From Kudoa neothunni (Eukaryota; Animalia; Cnidaria): 64,000 nt of DNA. Each line of letters begins with the position of its first letter. The first letter of the stretch is position 1. The notes below the pieces were generated by a model. It was not told the DNA's origin and did no database searches. It worked only from the letters and a program-made list of their open reading frames with translations. The DNA lies in assembly GCA_964304625.1 (NCBI GenBank), contig OZ199839.1, forward strand, positions 5,958,311-6,022,310. Direction: 5' to 3'. Of the stretch, positions 1 to 13,293 are shown piece after piece. A program made the position numbers and the translations under genes.

Positions 1-471
1 ATACAATTTTATCTCCAGATAGTTCTACATCTCTAGAAGAAGTCGACGAATTAGGTATCGGAGAAAGTTTGTTTCCCGTATGTGATAATTTAGATAACAT
101 CTCATACGACGAAATCGTTAGCGAGTCTGAAGAGGTAGAGGACGAACCTGTGGAGCCTAAATTCACTTCTAAAGATGCTCTAATTTTTGTAGAAAATTTG
201 AAAATATTTTTCAAAGGTGCTGGTGCTACTCTTTAGGTGATGAATTAGCTAAATTAGAATCATATGTATATGAGTATATTGAAAAAACTCAAATACAATC
301 AAAAATAACAGATTATTTTAGAAATCCTTAAAAATTAAATAATAAAATCAAAATTTTCATGTTATTTTTTTCACGCGCGCACAAAAAGCCATTACGAATT
401 AGACGTTACTGACGTATAATTCGTAATTTTCTCCGTCCCCGAGGGGATTACGAATTAGTGGTCACCGACTG
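1..471 (+). mobile_element. 3' end of a decayed Tigger/pogo-like (Tc1/mariner superfamily) DNA transposon
   Basis: Frameshifted acidic reading frame 3-331 (...EIVSESEEVEDEPVEPKFTSKDALIFVENLKIFF / LESYVYEYIEKTQIQSKITDYFRNP*) ends in the QxxITDYF PIP-box-like tail typical of pogo/Tigger transposases. It is followed by repeated/inverted ATTACGAATTA motifs (391-457) and the terminus ...CCGACTG|TA at 471 (CAGTCG-type TIR, TA target). Confidence 0.75.
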
Positions 472-945
472 TATTTCCATTAAAGTTGATCATGTGCGAT
501 ACGAAAACCTTTACTAGGAATATAATCTCATAAAAAATTCAAAGACTTGCATTATACCAGTATAAATAAGCTAAAGCGTATTTCTTTGTATGTGTTTTAT
601 TAATCGTGCTAATGTGTAACTGTAAATAAAATATAATAAATTAGCACGAAATATTTCTGTTTAATAATTATTTAATAATCTATGAAATAATAAATTAATC
701 GTTATCAAATGAAAAAAGATCCAAATATTTTTATAACAGAATAAATTACAATTGTATCCATTCTAAAAAATTAATGAATACGATTATTAACTTGGCTTAT
801 TTGAACTAACTTATTTTTAGTAATATAATTGTTTTACACTCTGTAATAAATATTACTATTTTTAATGTATAATTCGTTAATTTAGGGACTAAATGTTATT
901 CAAATAAATTAAAGATGAGCAAATAATTTCGATGTAATTAATTAA

Positions 946-2161
946 CCCTTTAATGTACTTAAAATGGACTTGACTTCGATGGATTTTGGGGTAAAAAAAT
1001 ATTCCAGGTTATTATTATATATGCAAGAAAAATATTTTTTTGAAATTAAACAAAAGAGAATAAATATATTGTCAGCATTAGTTGAAAAGAAATGAATTAA
1101 GTCTATGGCAATCTTTTTAATCCTACGATAAACTAACTTTTTTAAAAATAGTAGTTGTGTATATAGAAAATTGAGAGATTTTTATTGTGCATCATCTCAA
1201 AAATCTTCTTTAATAAATAAGAAAATATAATTAATTGGTTAACTTTCCAAGTTCCTCCAATCGATTATATACTTTCTGCTTTTGGGATCGCGTTGACCCC
1301 AGGTTTTTATTGCATCCTTAAATGCAATTAAATTATGAAGTGGCATGCTAAATTAATTAAAAATTGATATACAAATATCTGTAATATTTCCACTAAGATT
1401 TGCATTACGTATAAATAAAATAGTTCGAATTCGAGAAAATATGTTGGCGCAATCAGTGTTTTTATCGCCTTGAACTTAAATTGAAACGACTTAGTGGGGC
1501 AGACCAATTTTTGATTCGTAAAGTGTTCAAAATTGTTTATACAAAAAATATTGGTAAATAAAGTTCGCCCATAACGTGATTAACAAATTAGTTTTCTATG
1601 ATGGGTAACCACTTAACGCGGTTTGACGAAGACATGAGCAATATGAATTTTTTTACTATCGCCCTTTGAATATAATATAGGCCATAAAAATTATTCATAT
1701 TGCAAAATAACTTCAAATCCTCATCATTCTCATCATATTTACAATGAGAAATATCTGTCATATCTTTGCAGTTGCTATCCAGATAATCCATTTTTGGAAT
1801 GGAGATGATACATGCGAGTTTAATGAACTAAATTACCTGATTTGTTAAGAATTAAGAAAGGCATATTTTAAAATTTTTCCATCAAAATGTGCTCAATTCG
1901 GTGAAAATTTCCTAAAACATTTTTAAGTCTAGTTTTGGCAGAGAAAAAATTGGGATATTTTTTTCACCAAAACCCATCAGAGCATGGAAATAGAATAGCT
2001 CGTCTAATACATTATACAAGATCATAATTTTTATTTCGGAAATCCATAACGATATTTTTGAGGAATTGATGGAATCCTAAAATTGATATCCTTGGAAATA
2101 TGGAGAAATTAGATCAATAATATACTCCTGGGTTTTTACCCCGAATCCAGTAGATAGTTAA
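946..2161 (-). mobile_element. degenerate piggyBac-like non-autonomous element
   Basis: Starts TTAA|CCCTTT. Subterminal GGATTTTGGGGTAAAAA (about 981-997) is inverted at about 2133-2148 (TTTTTACCCCGAATCC), followed by TTAA. The internal minus-strand acidic ORF 1588-1791 (MDYLDS...DENDEDL...SSNRVKW) resembles a piggyBac transposase N-terminus. Boundaries approximate. Confidence 0.45.
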
Positions 2162-3047
2162 AGCTGAAATAACATCAAGAAACAATCTGATTTAATAATA
2201 TTTAGACGTACAAAATTGGGTTATCCGAGTGACGATGTATAAATATAAATTTCCTCGCACTTATTTTGAGATAATAAGGTAGACAATTATTATAACAGGA
2301 GTTTAGCAAATTTTTTAGTTGAACTGCCACGTATACAAAACTTTTTAACAATTTTACTCTAAAAACTCATGAATAACCAACTATATATTTCATTTGATAT
2401 TATTTTCACAAAGATTCCTTGGTCTCAACAGCAAAAAATATTATAAACATTAGAATGATTTAAATCGTTTTCAAAATTTATACGAAAAATATATCTTAAT
2501 TGTTTAAAAGTCGATACAAAATAGAGGGTTGAATAACAAATAAATAATTTGTTAGTACCTCGATAATATTTTATTTCAATTCAGGAATCCTGCGGCGAAT
2601 TAACTTATTATTACCTTTAATTAAATAAATCCATCTTTATTGGTTAGATACTCTGAACCTTAGCTCTCTAATGTAATAAAATATTTGCAAATAATTTTCA
2701 ATTTCAGGAAATTCAGTACCTTCGTAGTTTAACATACACGTTTATTTATAACCTCTCTCTAAAATAATTTTATTGTGTGTGAGGCCTAAGATAAAAAAAT
2801 TCTTTACGATTCGAAATTTAGCAGTTGTATAACATTTTTTTGTTAAATATATTCGAGGCACTTTATATGGGCCCATTCTATTACTATTTTGAGTATGTTC
2901 AACAGTCTTATTGAAGGAATGATTTTTAGAATATAAAACATATAGCTTAATTCTTAAATAAACTACTCATATTTTTTGGTAACTCTCGTTTTGTTAATAT
3001 TTTACTTTTATAGCATCTTTTAAAAGTAACCATAAATATTTCATCAA

Positions 3048-3477
3048 TTTTTTTACAAGGCAAAACCCTTGGCTCAACTTATTAAGTTGTGGAATTCTGG
3101 TTAGTCAGACCCATTCCATTAACGTTTGAGACACCGCAGGACGAAACACGAAACCCCTCCCTTATCCTTATGCGGTAATGTGGGACTTTAACCCATTAAA
3201 CATACTTGTATCAGGGCGACCACCACCCATCACTTTATCCCTTTAAGGACGTTGGCTCTTTGAGGCCTGCAAATTATTTGCCTTTTGGTAGGTTCCGGAG
3301 ATTCCAATTCATAGTTACGATCATCCCCACCTCACAGCGAATGTACACTGTAACCACAGCTCCCAATTATTGGGAAGAGACCTACCAACACGGAAGCAGT
3401 AGTCTGACCACCGGTGGAGTCGAATCCTTTACCACACGGTTCGGAGCCCGTGCGTCACACCGATGTGCTATCTATCC
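3048..3477 (-). mobile_element. tRNA-derived SINE-like element
   Basis: GC-rich 430-bp island. The minus strand begins GGATAGATAGCACATCGG (A-box-like) ... CACGGGCTCCGAACCGTG (anticodon-arm-like, CT-CCG-AA) ... GGATTCGACTCC (B-box-like), with no proper acceptor stem. It ends in a CAAGG..CCTTG hairpin and a short A tail. Confidence 0.65.
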
Positions 3478-6187
3478 TCGGATATTAATATTTCAACAAT
3501 GGCGAATCCCGATGGGATATTGTATATTTCTTTGGTTTCATTTCTAACTCAAATTGATTTATAATTTTGTCCTTAATTCTGTAAAATGAAATTGAAACAT
3601 TATCGATTATTTGTTAACTATTGTAAATAGCATAGAATTAGATGTAAAATGTGTTTTAAGCTCATTACAATAGGATCTTTTATAATAAAATAAGTACAAA
3701 TTTCCGTCATAATTTATTTTATTTTGTCTTTTATTTCCTAGGGTGGATTTATTATTTGATTAATTGATATCTAACTTAATAATTTAAATATTCACACAAA
3801 ATAATTTGAAAAAATTTGTTTTTAAGGAAGATCTATCATTTTTGTTTAATTCATAAATTATTAAAGCAATTCGTGCGTAGAAAAATTTACAAAATTAATT
3901 CGATATATATATATATATATTTATAAGAAAATATTTTAATCAAAAACATGATCAATACCATTAAAGAGATAAAACATTCTGTTTTCTCATGGGTATGATA
4001 TTTAGGAAAAATAGGAAATATTTTATGTGATTTAGATAAATAAATAAATCGTAAATCCCACATTTTTAAACGTCATTTCGTAATAGATTTGAAAATTATA
4101 AAAATCTCTAGTATTAACACAACAATATTCTAATCTATTTTAATTCCATCAAAAAGTCGCTAACCGGAATTAAAAAATTCATATAATAATAACTTTATTA
4201 AATATATTCTTAAGAAATAAAACACTAAAGAAAAATAATTATATCCTAAAAATTGAAAATGTTAAAAAATTGAACAATAATAAAATCGTCTATTCATAAT
4301 ATTTATATTGTAACAGAAGTAGTAGACTGTAACAATGAATTCAAAGTTATTCTGACAAATATTTTGTTGAATCGATGTATTAGAAGTAAATTAGATAACA
4401 AGACGTACCATTCCTTTATGTGATTGGTGTGGTGTTTGCGGAGAGTTCATATAAAATTTAATGGGGCTTACTGTAGAAAGACCACGCCCTATTTCTAAGT
4501 ATTAATTTCATTCATAAATGTTTATAATAAATTAAAAATATAAATAATAAAAAATACATAAATTATTGATGATTTGCAGCGATATAAATTATAGATCCAC
4601 ACGTAACCATTGTTTTTAATCAAATTTCTCATAAATATATATATATATATATTGTTTCTCAATTGAACGCGGTACTTTTTTTTGTTCTAACAAAAATTCG
4701 TACTGAAACATTAAAATCTCTATAAATAAATTTTTTTGTTATTTATTATAAAAGACATACTCCAGCGGATAGCATGTATACATACACTTTATGATTAAAT
4801 TCATTTCGAGTACCTAGAAAAGTTTTATTTTCAGTCTATGATTGGTTCGCTTTAATTATTTTTATATAAATTTTATTCTTATAAACTATGTAACATAAAA
4901 TGAGCTGCATATACGTTAATATAAAATGTAGGAACAAAAGATCTTTTTAACAAAATACAAAAATCAATGCAGTGCAAAAATATTAAAGAATATACAAAAT
5001 TAAGTGGGTCTCTTTGTCATCCCAGCAAATTGGATTAGAAACAGAATTCTCTCATTCTATTAATCATATATGGTGGAAACTTACTAAACTCATTTGGTTC
5101 TAAGGTTGAGTTTTCGCAGAGAAATTATTGAAGAATATGACCTATAAAAATATTATATTTAATGTTTTTTTTTCATTATTTTATAAATAAGAAATTTGTT
5201 AATAATTTTATTTAAAAACATTTATTTTTAATCTAGGTGCTAGATGGGTGATAATATTTAATTTATTCAGAAATTAAGTGTAAGAATGTAATTTGCAAGC
5301 TTAAAGTATAATTTTCGAATAATACAATATCCGGCATCTAATATAGTTTAATTATAAAATATTATGATAAATTAAATATATACCTAAATTTTATAACTAG
5401 ACTTGTTGAAAATTAATATTATGTTGGCTTGAAGATGATTTTAACGTTTAAGTATGAATTTTGGTCAGATCTAAAAGTGTGTCTAGTTCCATTTAGAAAC
5501 CCTATAATATAAACATATATTAACAAAAATTTTTGTAGGATTAATCTATTGTTCTTTGTTATTTAAAAATATAAAATAGAATCGAGTGATAGCTTCATTT
5601 AGTGTCCTTAAGAACAATAAATTGCGATATTACAATTATTTAATCAAAAAGTAATATCATCATATTTATACACTAAGAAATAGATAAAATTATATAAATT
5701 CTAAAAAAACAAAAAAACCTAATTCTTGCTAAAGCACGATATAAATCGTTGGAAATACTCCTAAATATTATACAAATATTAAAAATTATATTATTAAATT
5801 AATTAGAGGATTAGTTTTATGTATTCAACATCAAAATCAATAATCAGAAATGAATTAATAGTTATTGAAAGTATTTATAGAATTTATTTAATTTTTAACA
5901 TTCACCCAATTATCAAATAAAGTCTCTATAAAAGGTAAAATAATTATTATATATACAATAAAAAATAATAAGGTATTAACATTATATTTTTGTGGTATTT
6001 ATAACTTAGCCTTGCTTTCGTAATATATTCGTTGTATTGTCAACATCAAACAACGAATATATAACTCCTCATTCAATTGAAATTAGACAACTATGTGAAT
6101 CAAATTTATGTCATAACCTGAATATATTTAGACGATTATTATTCATATTTAATACCTAATACAATTTCGCTATTAATAATAAATAAT

Positions 6188-7558
6188 ATGTTGGTTTTAT
6201 CAATCCTTCCTCTATTCTTATCAATAATTTCGACTGGTATTTGTTTATTATTGGAATATAACTAGATTTCATGGTTAAGAGAGGGCGTTGCCTAGTTACG
6301 ATAAGGATGAAGGTCTAGCCCCAGTTTGGATGAATGATGCAGAAAAAGCAAAGGCTGTAGTTGAAAGATGGTACGTTGATAAAACTGACGCTACCTGCAA
6401 ACCTTTCAATTATCTTGGATCCCTTGGAAATTTTAATAACTTTGTCTCAAGAGCTGCTTGCAATAATCACCGTATAACAAAAATTCTCAAACGTTTTGTA
6501 ATACCAGTTTAGTTCGATTCACACCAGAGGAAAAGGCTGATGCATGCAAAGTACAAAAAGATGATGGAGCGTGTGAGTTGTCTGGCGATAACACTCTAAC
6601 AAGGTGGTACTTCAGTAAAGAACCAGTTGAAGGTGTATCGAATGCTTGCCACAAATTTCAATATAAGGGATGTGGCGGAAACGCAAACAACTTCGAAACT
6701 GAGATAGAATGCAAACAAGCTTGTCAAAGTAAATCCATTTCTTATAACTAATGAAAAATGGATAAAGAAATAATACTATGATCGGTTTAATTTCCCAATT
6801 AATTAGACAAAGTAAACGGCGGTATGGATCAGAATTCCAGAACTGAATCTATGACACCTTTTCCGAACGAGTTTGATTGCACTTTTAGAGCCGAAATAAA
6901 AACTGAGGATCCAAAAATGGGGATTGTGCCTCATAAAGACGGAGACAGATGCGTTTATGCTGCTGTTGGAAAACTTGCCGAGAGGGGGTTTTTTAATGAT
7001 TTGCCATCTTGCGTAAAATCTTGCGTTAGTAATATATTTCTGGCCTCAAATTTATTATTAATCATCTGTAGAAAAACCGAAACCAGCATGCACAGCTGAC
7101 GGTCCACATCAAATTCCCTCGGCATCGGAAGTTACAAGTGGTGTACATACATACTATTACTTTAATAAAACGAAAGCTCTATGTTTGCCTTTCATGTCAA
7201 ATGCACCAGAGGGGGATACTAAGATTGATAATGGAGAATTGAATATATTCAGTTCTGTTGAGTTATGTGCAAGTTACTGCCCTGCAAGTACGTAAAATTT
7301 ACGATAATATGTTGATATATTTATCTAGTTGGTCATATCGGTCAATTAACAGCTGTTAAAGCTTGTACTCTTCCAAAAATTGGAGTGTCAACTAAGACAG
7401 ATAAATACAAGATACAAAGATTTCATTATAATCATGCCGCAACAACTGAAACTGAAAAGTGCAAACAATTTGAATTTAATGGAAGGGATATGAACTTGAA
7501 TAACTTCGAAACAGATGCAATTTGTCAGGCAATATGCAAAAATCCACTCTCTAATTAA
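6188..7558 (+). CDS. secreted protein with five tandem Kunitz/BPTI-like modules, copy K1 (374 aa)
   Basis: Exons 6188-6236, 6280-6471, 6513-6728, 6807-7028, 7072-7287, 7329-7558; all GT-AG, all phase 1, open frame. Signal peptide [16 protein letters not shown]. Module 2 CKVQKDDGACELSGDNTLTRWYF...[26 protein letters not shown] carries the Kunitz signature F-x-Y-x-G-C-x-G-N-x-N-N-F. Confidence 0.92.
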
Positions 7559-9287
7559 TAGCTTTAAACAAAGCATATATTTAATATTTCCAATAATTTA
7601 CTTCCATTAGTATTTTTATTTTAAATATTGGATGATTTACAACGTTCTATTTGTTTCTATTGAAACTATTTTTATTACATAGTTGTAAGGCGGACATTAT
7701 TTTCAAAAAATATATAGTTTAGAGTTCGAAGTTATTTTAAAATACATGTTTAACCTTCTAAGTAAATTGGGGTAGATTTATACCCCATTTTTTTTTGGAG
7801 TGTAAATTTCTCAGTTACTTAGAATAATAAGAAAATAAAAATAGACGTTATATTGGTCGTATATTATTGAGAAATATTGAAATCATAAAAACATTTTAAC
7901 CTAATTAATAGAGCCAAAACAGTTAAAAAATCAAATAAATAGCTGTATTATAAATATGAAATTATAATAGTAGTAAAAAAATATTTCTATTTAAGTTTAT
8001 GCAAATCACATCGACTAATTTTAATATTTTTCATCACTTAATTTAATATTTTTTGACAACAAGAAAAATTATTATATATATTTAATATTTGATGTTGAAT
8101 TAATATCAATTCCAAATACTTTTTAGTTTATTAATTTACAAAAATGCTTTACAGTTTATATAGATTTTCAAAAAAAATTGTGCAGCTTTCAATAATTAAT
8201 GTTGAGAAGAAATAATTATTTTTTCAATAAAATTTAATTTATTTTTATAAAACAATTAAATAAAAAATTGACAATTTGTCTAAAAACAAAAAATAATATA
8301 TTTCACATCAATTTAACTTTACCAAAAGATACTATAAAAAAATAAAATTATCTGACTGTTTAAAATACGACTTCTTTGTAATGAAATGTGCGTATTTATG
8401 TATAAATGCATAGAATATTAATTATTGTCGCTTATTATTTGACAATAATTAAAAGTTAAATAGGTTATTTTAATGCTTAAAATTTATAAAAGTTATTTTA
8501 TTGATAAGACTTAAATTATTGCTACAATTTTATATCGATATATTTGGAATATATTCGAATGAGTAATTAGAAGCGGATATATTTTATTATAATCATTGAA
8601 ATCATAATCAGCTATATAAAAACTTCTTGTAAGAACGATTAATTGTACAATATGTGAAAATTTTAATTGATTTGTTATACTGATCACATGTTCTTTAAAT
8701 CTTTATAGTAAAGTGATGGGGTAAAAAATAAGATGCTTAAATTGTTACTCTAATGATGATTTATATAGATTTTCGCATATTACGTGAGCGATTTTTATTT
8801 TTTAATTACACGAAGAAAATTATTAGTAAAAATATTTTTTCCGCGACAAATTTTTAATTAAGCGTGTATTTTAGTAATAGATTTAAGTTATATAATGTAT
8901 GGCTTAATATTTTCAAGTAATCTACTTCTTAAAATATCAGAATAATCATATATTAGTATAGAAAGATGCAATTTCGATCTATACATATATTACTTTAATA
9001 TTATTTAAGCCTACTGATCAAAGCATAATTTATTTAAATTAATTTATTTTAGCATAACTGTTAATTAATAATCAATGCAAATGTGATTACGTCTTCATAA
9101 TTATTTTATAATGTATTTAATTCAATGATCTTGCGTGTTTTTCGCCTGTGACCGATATTTCTTGATTCAACATGTTCCAATGATAAAATGTTTTCAAAGG
9201 TACATTATAACTATGTCTTTGATTCATAACTGATGTTAAAAAATTACTTTAATCTTAACCAACATTGACATACTTAACTACAAATAC

Positions 9288-9345
9288 AGTCGCTAATGAT
9301 TCGTCCGCAATTATGGGTCACCCACGTAAATCGCAATAAAACGTT
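9288..9345 (+). mobile_element. solo left end of a Tc1/pogo-like element
   Basis: TA|CAGTCGCTAATGATTCGTCCGCAATTATGGGTC resembles the reverse complement of the termini at 471 and 26103; no partner end found. Confidence 0.3.
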
Positions 9346-11409
9346 AAATATTTAATATATAGAAAATATAATTATTAATCTATAAACTATATAACAAAAG
9401 CAACTTACTTCTTCGATTTGACTTTAGAAAATTTAAAATATCAATATTTTTTATGCATTTTATGTGTCGTGCGCAATGAATTTTCTTCAAAATAACGAAA
9501 ATTAAGGCTCGTACGTAATGATTTCTTTTTTATTACTCCGAGAAATAAGGCTTGTGCATCAACAGATGGTAATAAAATTTCAACCCTGTCCCAAAAGTAG
9601 AAATTATAAAATTGTATCAAAAAGTAATGAATAGATCATACGCTAAATCTAAACAATGAAGATCTTTGATGCAAAAATAAGGTCTATCTTGAATACTATT
9701 ATAAATATTTAAACCAGCAATTTTAATATTAATATTATAACGAATGTTTTGCTCAAAAGTAATAAAAACTTTCAAAGGGAGAAAATATGGATTTTGATAT
9801 ACATGTGGAAGGATGGATTGAACTGTAGAGAGCAAAATAGATAAAAGTAATCAATATGTTTTATTAAGACGGCTAATGAATTCCTTATGATACCTCAAAA
9901 TTAACATCAGTATCTATTGGGTTGTTATTAATTTAATAAAAAGATATAACAATTCACATAATACGTTTTTTAATGAAACTTAAAATTAATATCATGTACC
10001 ATTACATATTAATTCAAATATTAATCTAAGTAAGTACGCTAGTTGATCAAAATATAACATAATTTTTTAATTTATTGTTTAATTTCGCATGTGGTAACTT
10101 ACGTGTCGTGCTTATTTGTTTAGATTCCCCCTTTTGATTACTCACGACCCATAAGTCAATGTAATTCGTCACCTTGTGAATTACGAACTCATACACAATC
10201 TTTTATATCATTGTATCGTTTTATAATAAAATCTTCAATTAATTTATTAAATAATTTTTTTTATTTAAATAGAAAAATTCTCGAGAATAAAAATTTTATT
10301 CGCCAGAAACAAATTGAAACACTCCATTTTAAGAGTTAACTTAGTGTGAATTGCATTATTAAGAGCATTCTGATGAGAAGTAGACGCTATCAGTTTTATC
10401 AACGAAAGTTAAGTAATTTTAACAATGAACTTTTTGATGTTTATATTATTACTATGAATTATAAAACAAATAATAAATGAAAAATAATATCTGTTTTATT
10501 TTTACAATTTTATTACCAATGGGTCTTGAGAATGGTGAATATAAAGAAAAAACTAACGAATCATCTACTCCATCAAATCGTTGAACATTAACTGTTAAGT
10601 AACACATTTTATGGTTAATATGCTACAAAATGTAATGAATAACTACGTGGAATTAAAAGTTCACTCCAAATTATATAATAATGGTGCATAATTTCATTCA
10701 TTATTTTTAGGGATTTTTATATGTACGACATTATTGACAAAAATTTATATTATTTTACAATTATTTTTCTTCACTATAAATTATATTCAATACTGCTTAA
10801 AAATTCTTGTGTTTATATTTAGAAAATTAATTATTCACTAAAATATAAAATTATCCTTTCCAAGAAATGAAGATATTAATTTTACAGCATTTATTTTATA
10901 TTACAAATTTAGCATAATAAAATAGTTACTAAAATGATCCCACTTGGCTACAAATAATAGATTTTATCAATCTGAAATATTTAAAGTTTATTGATATAGT
11001 GAATTATAAAATAAATCATTTTTTATTTCATGCGGCTCAACTATCTCCTTACATTACCTTACGATTCTTTGTTATAACGAGAAAATTTAATTGAAATATC
11101 CCCTTGGTTTGCATACCCAAATTTCTATATTAAATGAGGTTTCTCTAAATAAAATTATTAAATAGAATTATATTTACGGTTGATAATCAACGATGTTCAA
11201 TTATAATGGAGGAAAAAGCTAATTGGAAATTATGAGCATCATAATTGTATCAATAGACCTTTAGTGGTGAATCTCTAAAGGGAAAAATGGAAGAATCGGA
11301 TTGAATTATGTGTGGAAATATTGTGACAAAGAAAAAATGATGTACATTCGCGAAAAATCTCAGTTGATCTATTTTATCTTTAAAAAATTCTACATTTTTA
11401 TTTTACAAC

Positions 11410-13293
11410 TATTACTTGAAAATACATGATACTTTTGAATCATTTCATGATATGCACTATTTTAATATCACAAAACTTTATTATCCCATTGGATCCCTTT
11501 TTTAATTTAATTTTTTTAATGTATAAATAAAAGATAATACATTATATCTGATTTTCCTATTATTATAATAATAAACTTAATATGAAATTTTATGAAAAAT
11601 AAAAATTTCGCATTTATCTCATTCTGCGGAAGCTTTCGAAATGCATTGTAAAATCAATTGGTAATATCCAGATAATATTAAGCCATTATAATGAATAATT
11701 AAATTATTTAATTTCAATTCATTACTGAGTCGAGATTTTTCACCAAATCATCTTATTACAATTTTATTGCCATCATTTTTCAGAGTTTTATGAAAATTAC
11801 CTTGGTAAATATTCAATTTTATCAATTAACTTTATATTTTTTTCTTCCCTTAGCTTTTTTAGAAGAAACATCAAACAATGGAAAACAAAATTTTAAAGTT
11901 ACATTATTCATCAACTGTGAAATAAACCGACTATTTAGCAAAATGAATAGTTTCCAAAATATTTAAAAAAATAATTATAAATCGAGAGATGACTGCTTAA
12001 AAAAAGTTATCATAATTATCAGATATTTTGAGAAGCGATAAAATTTTTCTAAAATATTCAACATTCATTGTAGGGTGTAATTATAGTATAATAGGGGGTT
12101 AAGGAGGAATAACAATTATTAAGTGATATATTTCAAAAAAAATATCACTATTTTCTAATATAAAAGAAGATAGTCGGAGTTCACCCTAAATATTTGTTTA
12201 TTTCCAATATTTTTACTGATTCGTAGCATATCGTTGTCGCGTCGAGTATACCTTTGATGGCGGTATAATCTTTAAAACTTGATGAATACTGCCTTAAATC
12301 CGCATTTAGATTTGGAGCTACCTAGCTAATATTTATACCGTCACATTAAAGTTAAAATTTAACATCGAATAAACAAAATTTTGGCGAAAATCCTTCATGA
12401 AAAATTTGACCAGCATTTGTCGATTCCTGCCCGACGATTAAAAACCAACCTTTCAGATTAAAAAAACTTATTGAAACCAACAAAATTCTCATCAAAAATT
12501 TATATATATTAACTCTAAAAATTAAAATATTACGAGATTTGTGGGAACAAAAATTAATTCATATATAAAATATTTATTCATTCATCCATTCATTCATTTA
12601 TTAGGAAAATGTGAGCTATCATCAAAATTGGAATTAATGTAGAGTAATTTTTTCTAAATTGATTGATTGAATTTAATTAAAAAATCAATAGTAATAGTTG
12701 TTTTATTCGGTTGTCCAATTAGCGTATAAAATATTTCTATTGAATATTCCCATATAAAAAGTTAAAACAGATTGTAAGGCTGTAGAATGATGGTCATCAA
12801 AGTGAAATCAAATATACATTATTGGAGAATGAGATAAATTATTAAAAGTTATATTTTGAAAATTTCTATCGAATTAAGTATTAATTTGATGATTAAATTT
12901 TTCATGAAAACGGGTTTTTAATGTTTATTTATATGGAAATATATTTTTAACTAGCTTTAGTGATAATTTAATGTGTAAGATATCAAGAAAAATTTTGACT
13001 TGGCATATCCAAAATGAATGAAACATATATACATTCGATATAAATAATTAATTATTGCAATTGTGAGTGGATATTATATTTATACGGAATATAATTTCTA
13101 AATATGTGGAATCAAAATCATGTTATGGGTTGTTTCTTTAATATTTTGTTAAAGGTAACATAATCTTACACTAGTTCTTTCATTTAATTGAGCTAAATAA
13201 ATTGTAAGTATAGATTATTTCTATGAATGATCTATGACGAATATAATCCGTTATAATATCTGTTCAATCGTTCTCACTTACACAATCATCAAT
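11410..13293 (+). repeat. segmental duplication: upstream flank of K2, paralogous to 34246-36366 (upstream of K5)
   Basis: Colinear by eye, e.g. ATTACTTGAAAATAYATGAYACTTTTGAATCATTTCATGA at both starts and TATAATAGGGGGTTAAGGAG at about 12087 and 34921. Confidence 0.9.

Noticed and set aside
3405-3477. Possible tRNA-Arg(CCG) gene on the - strand
   Set aside because: Acceptor stem does not pair and the anticodon arm is irregular; it continues into a 350-bp body, so it is better read as a SINE head.
3206-3547. 113-aa ORF on the + strand
   Set aside because: Antisense to the SINE-like GC island, TTG start, no recognisable motif.
10369-10410. CTGATGA...GAAA hammerhead-like cores (also at 15032 and 30802)
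   Set aside because: Stems II/III and the cleavage triplet cannot be formed, and the motif is not conserved in the paralogous copies (about 32515 and 25343).
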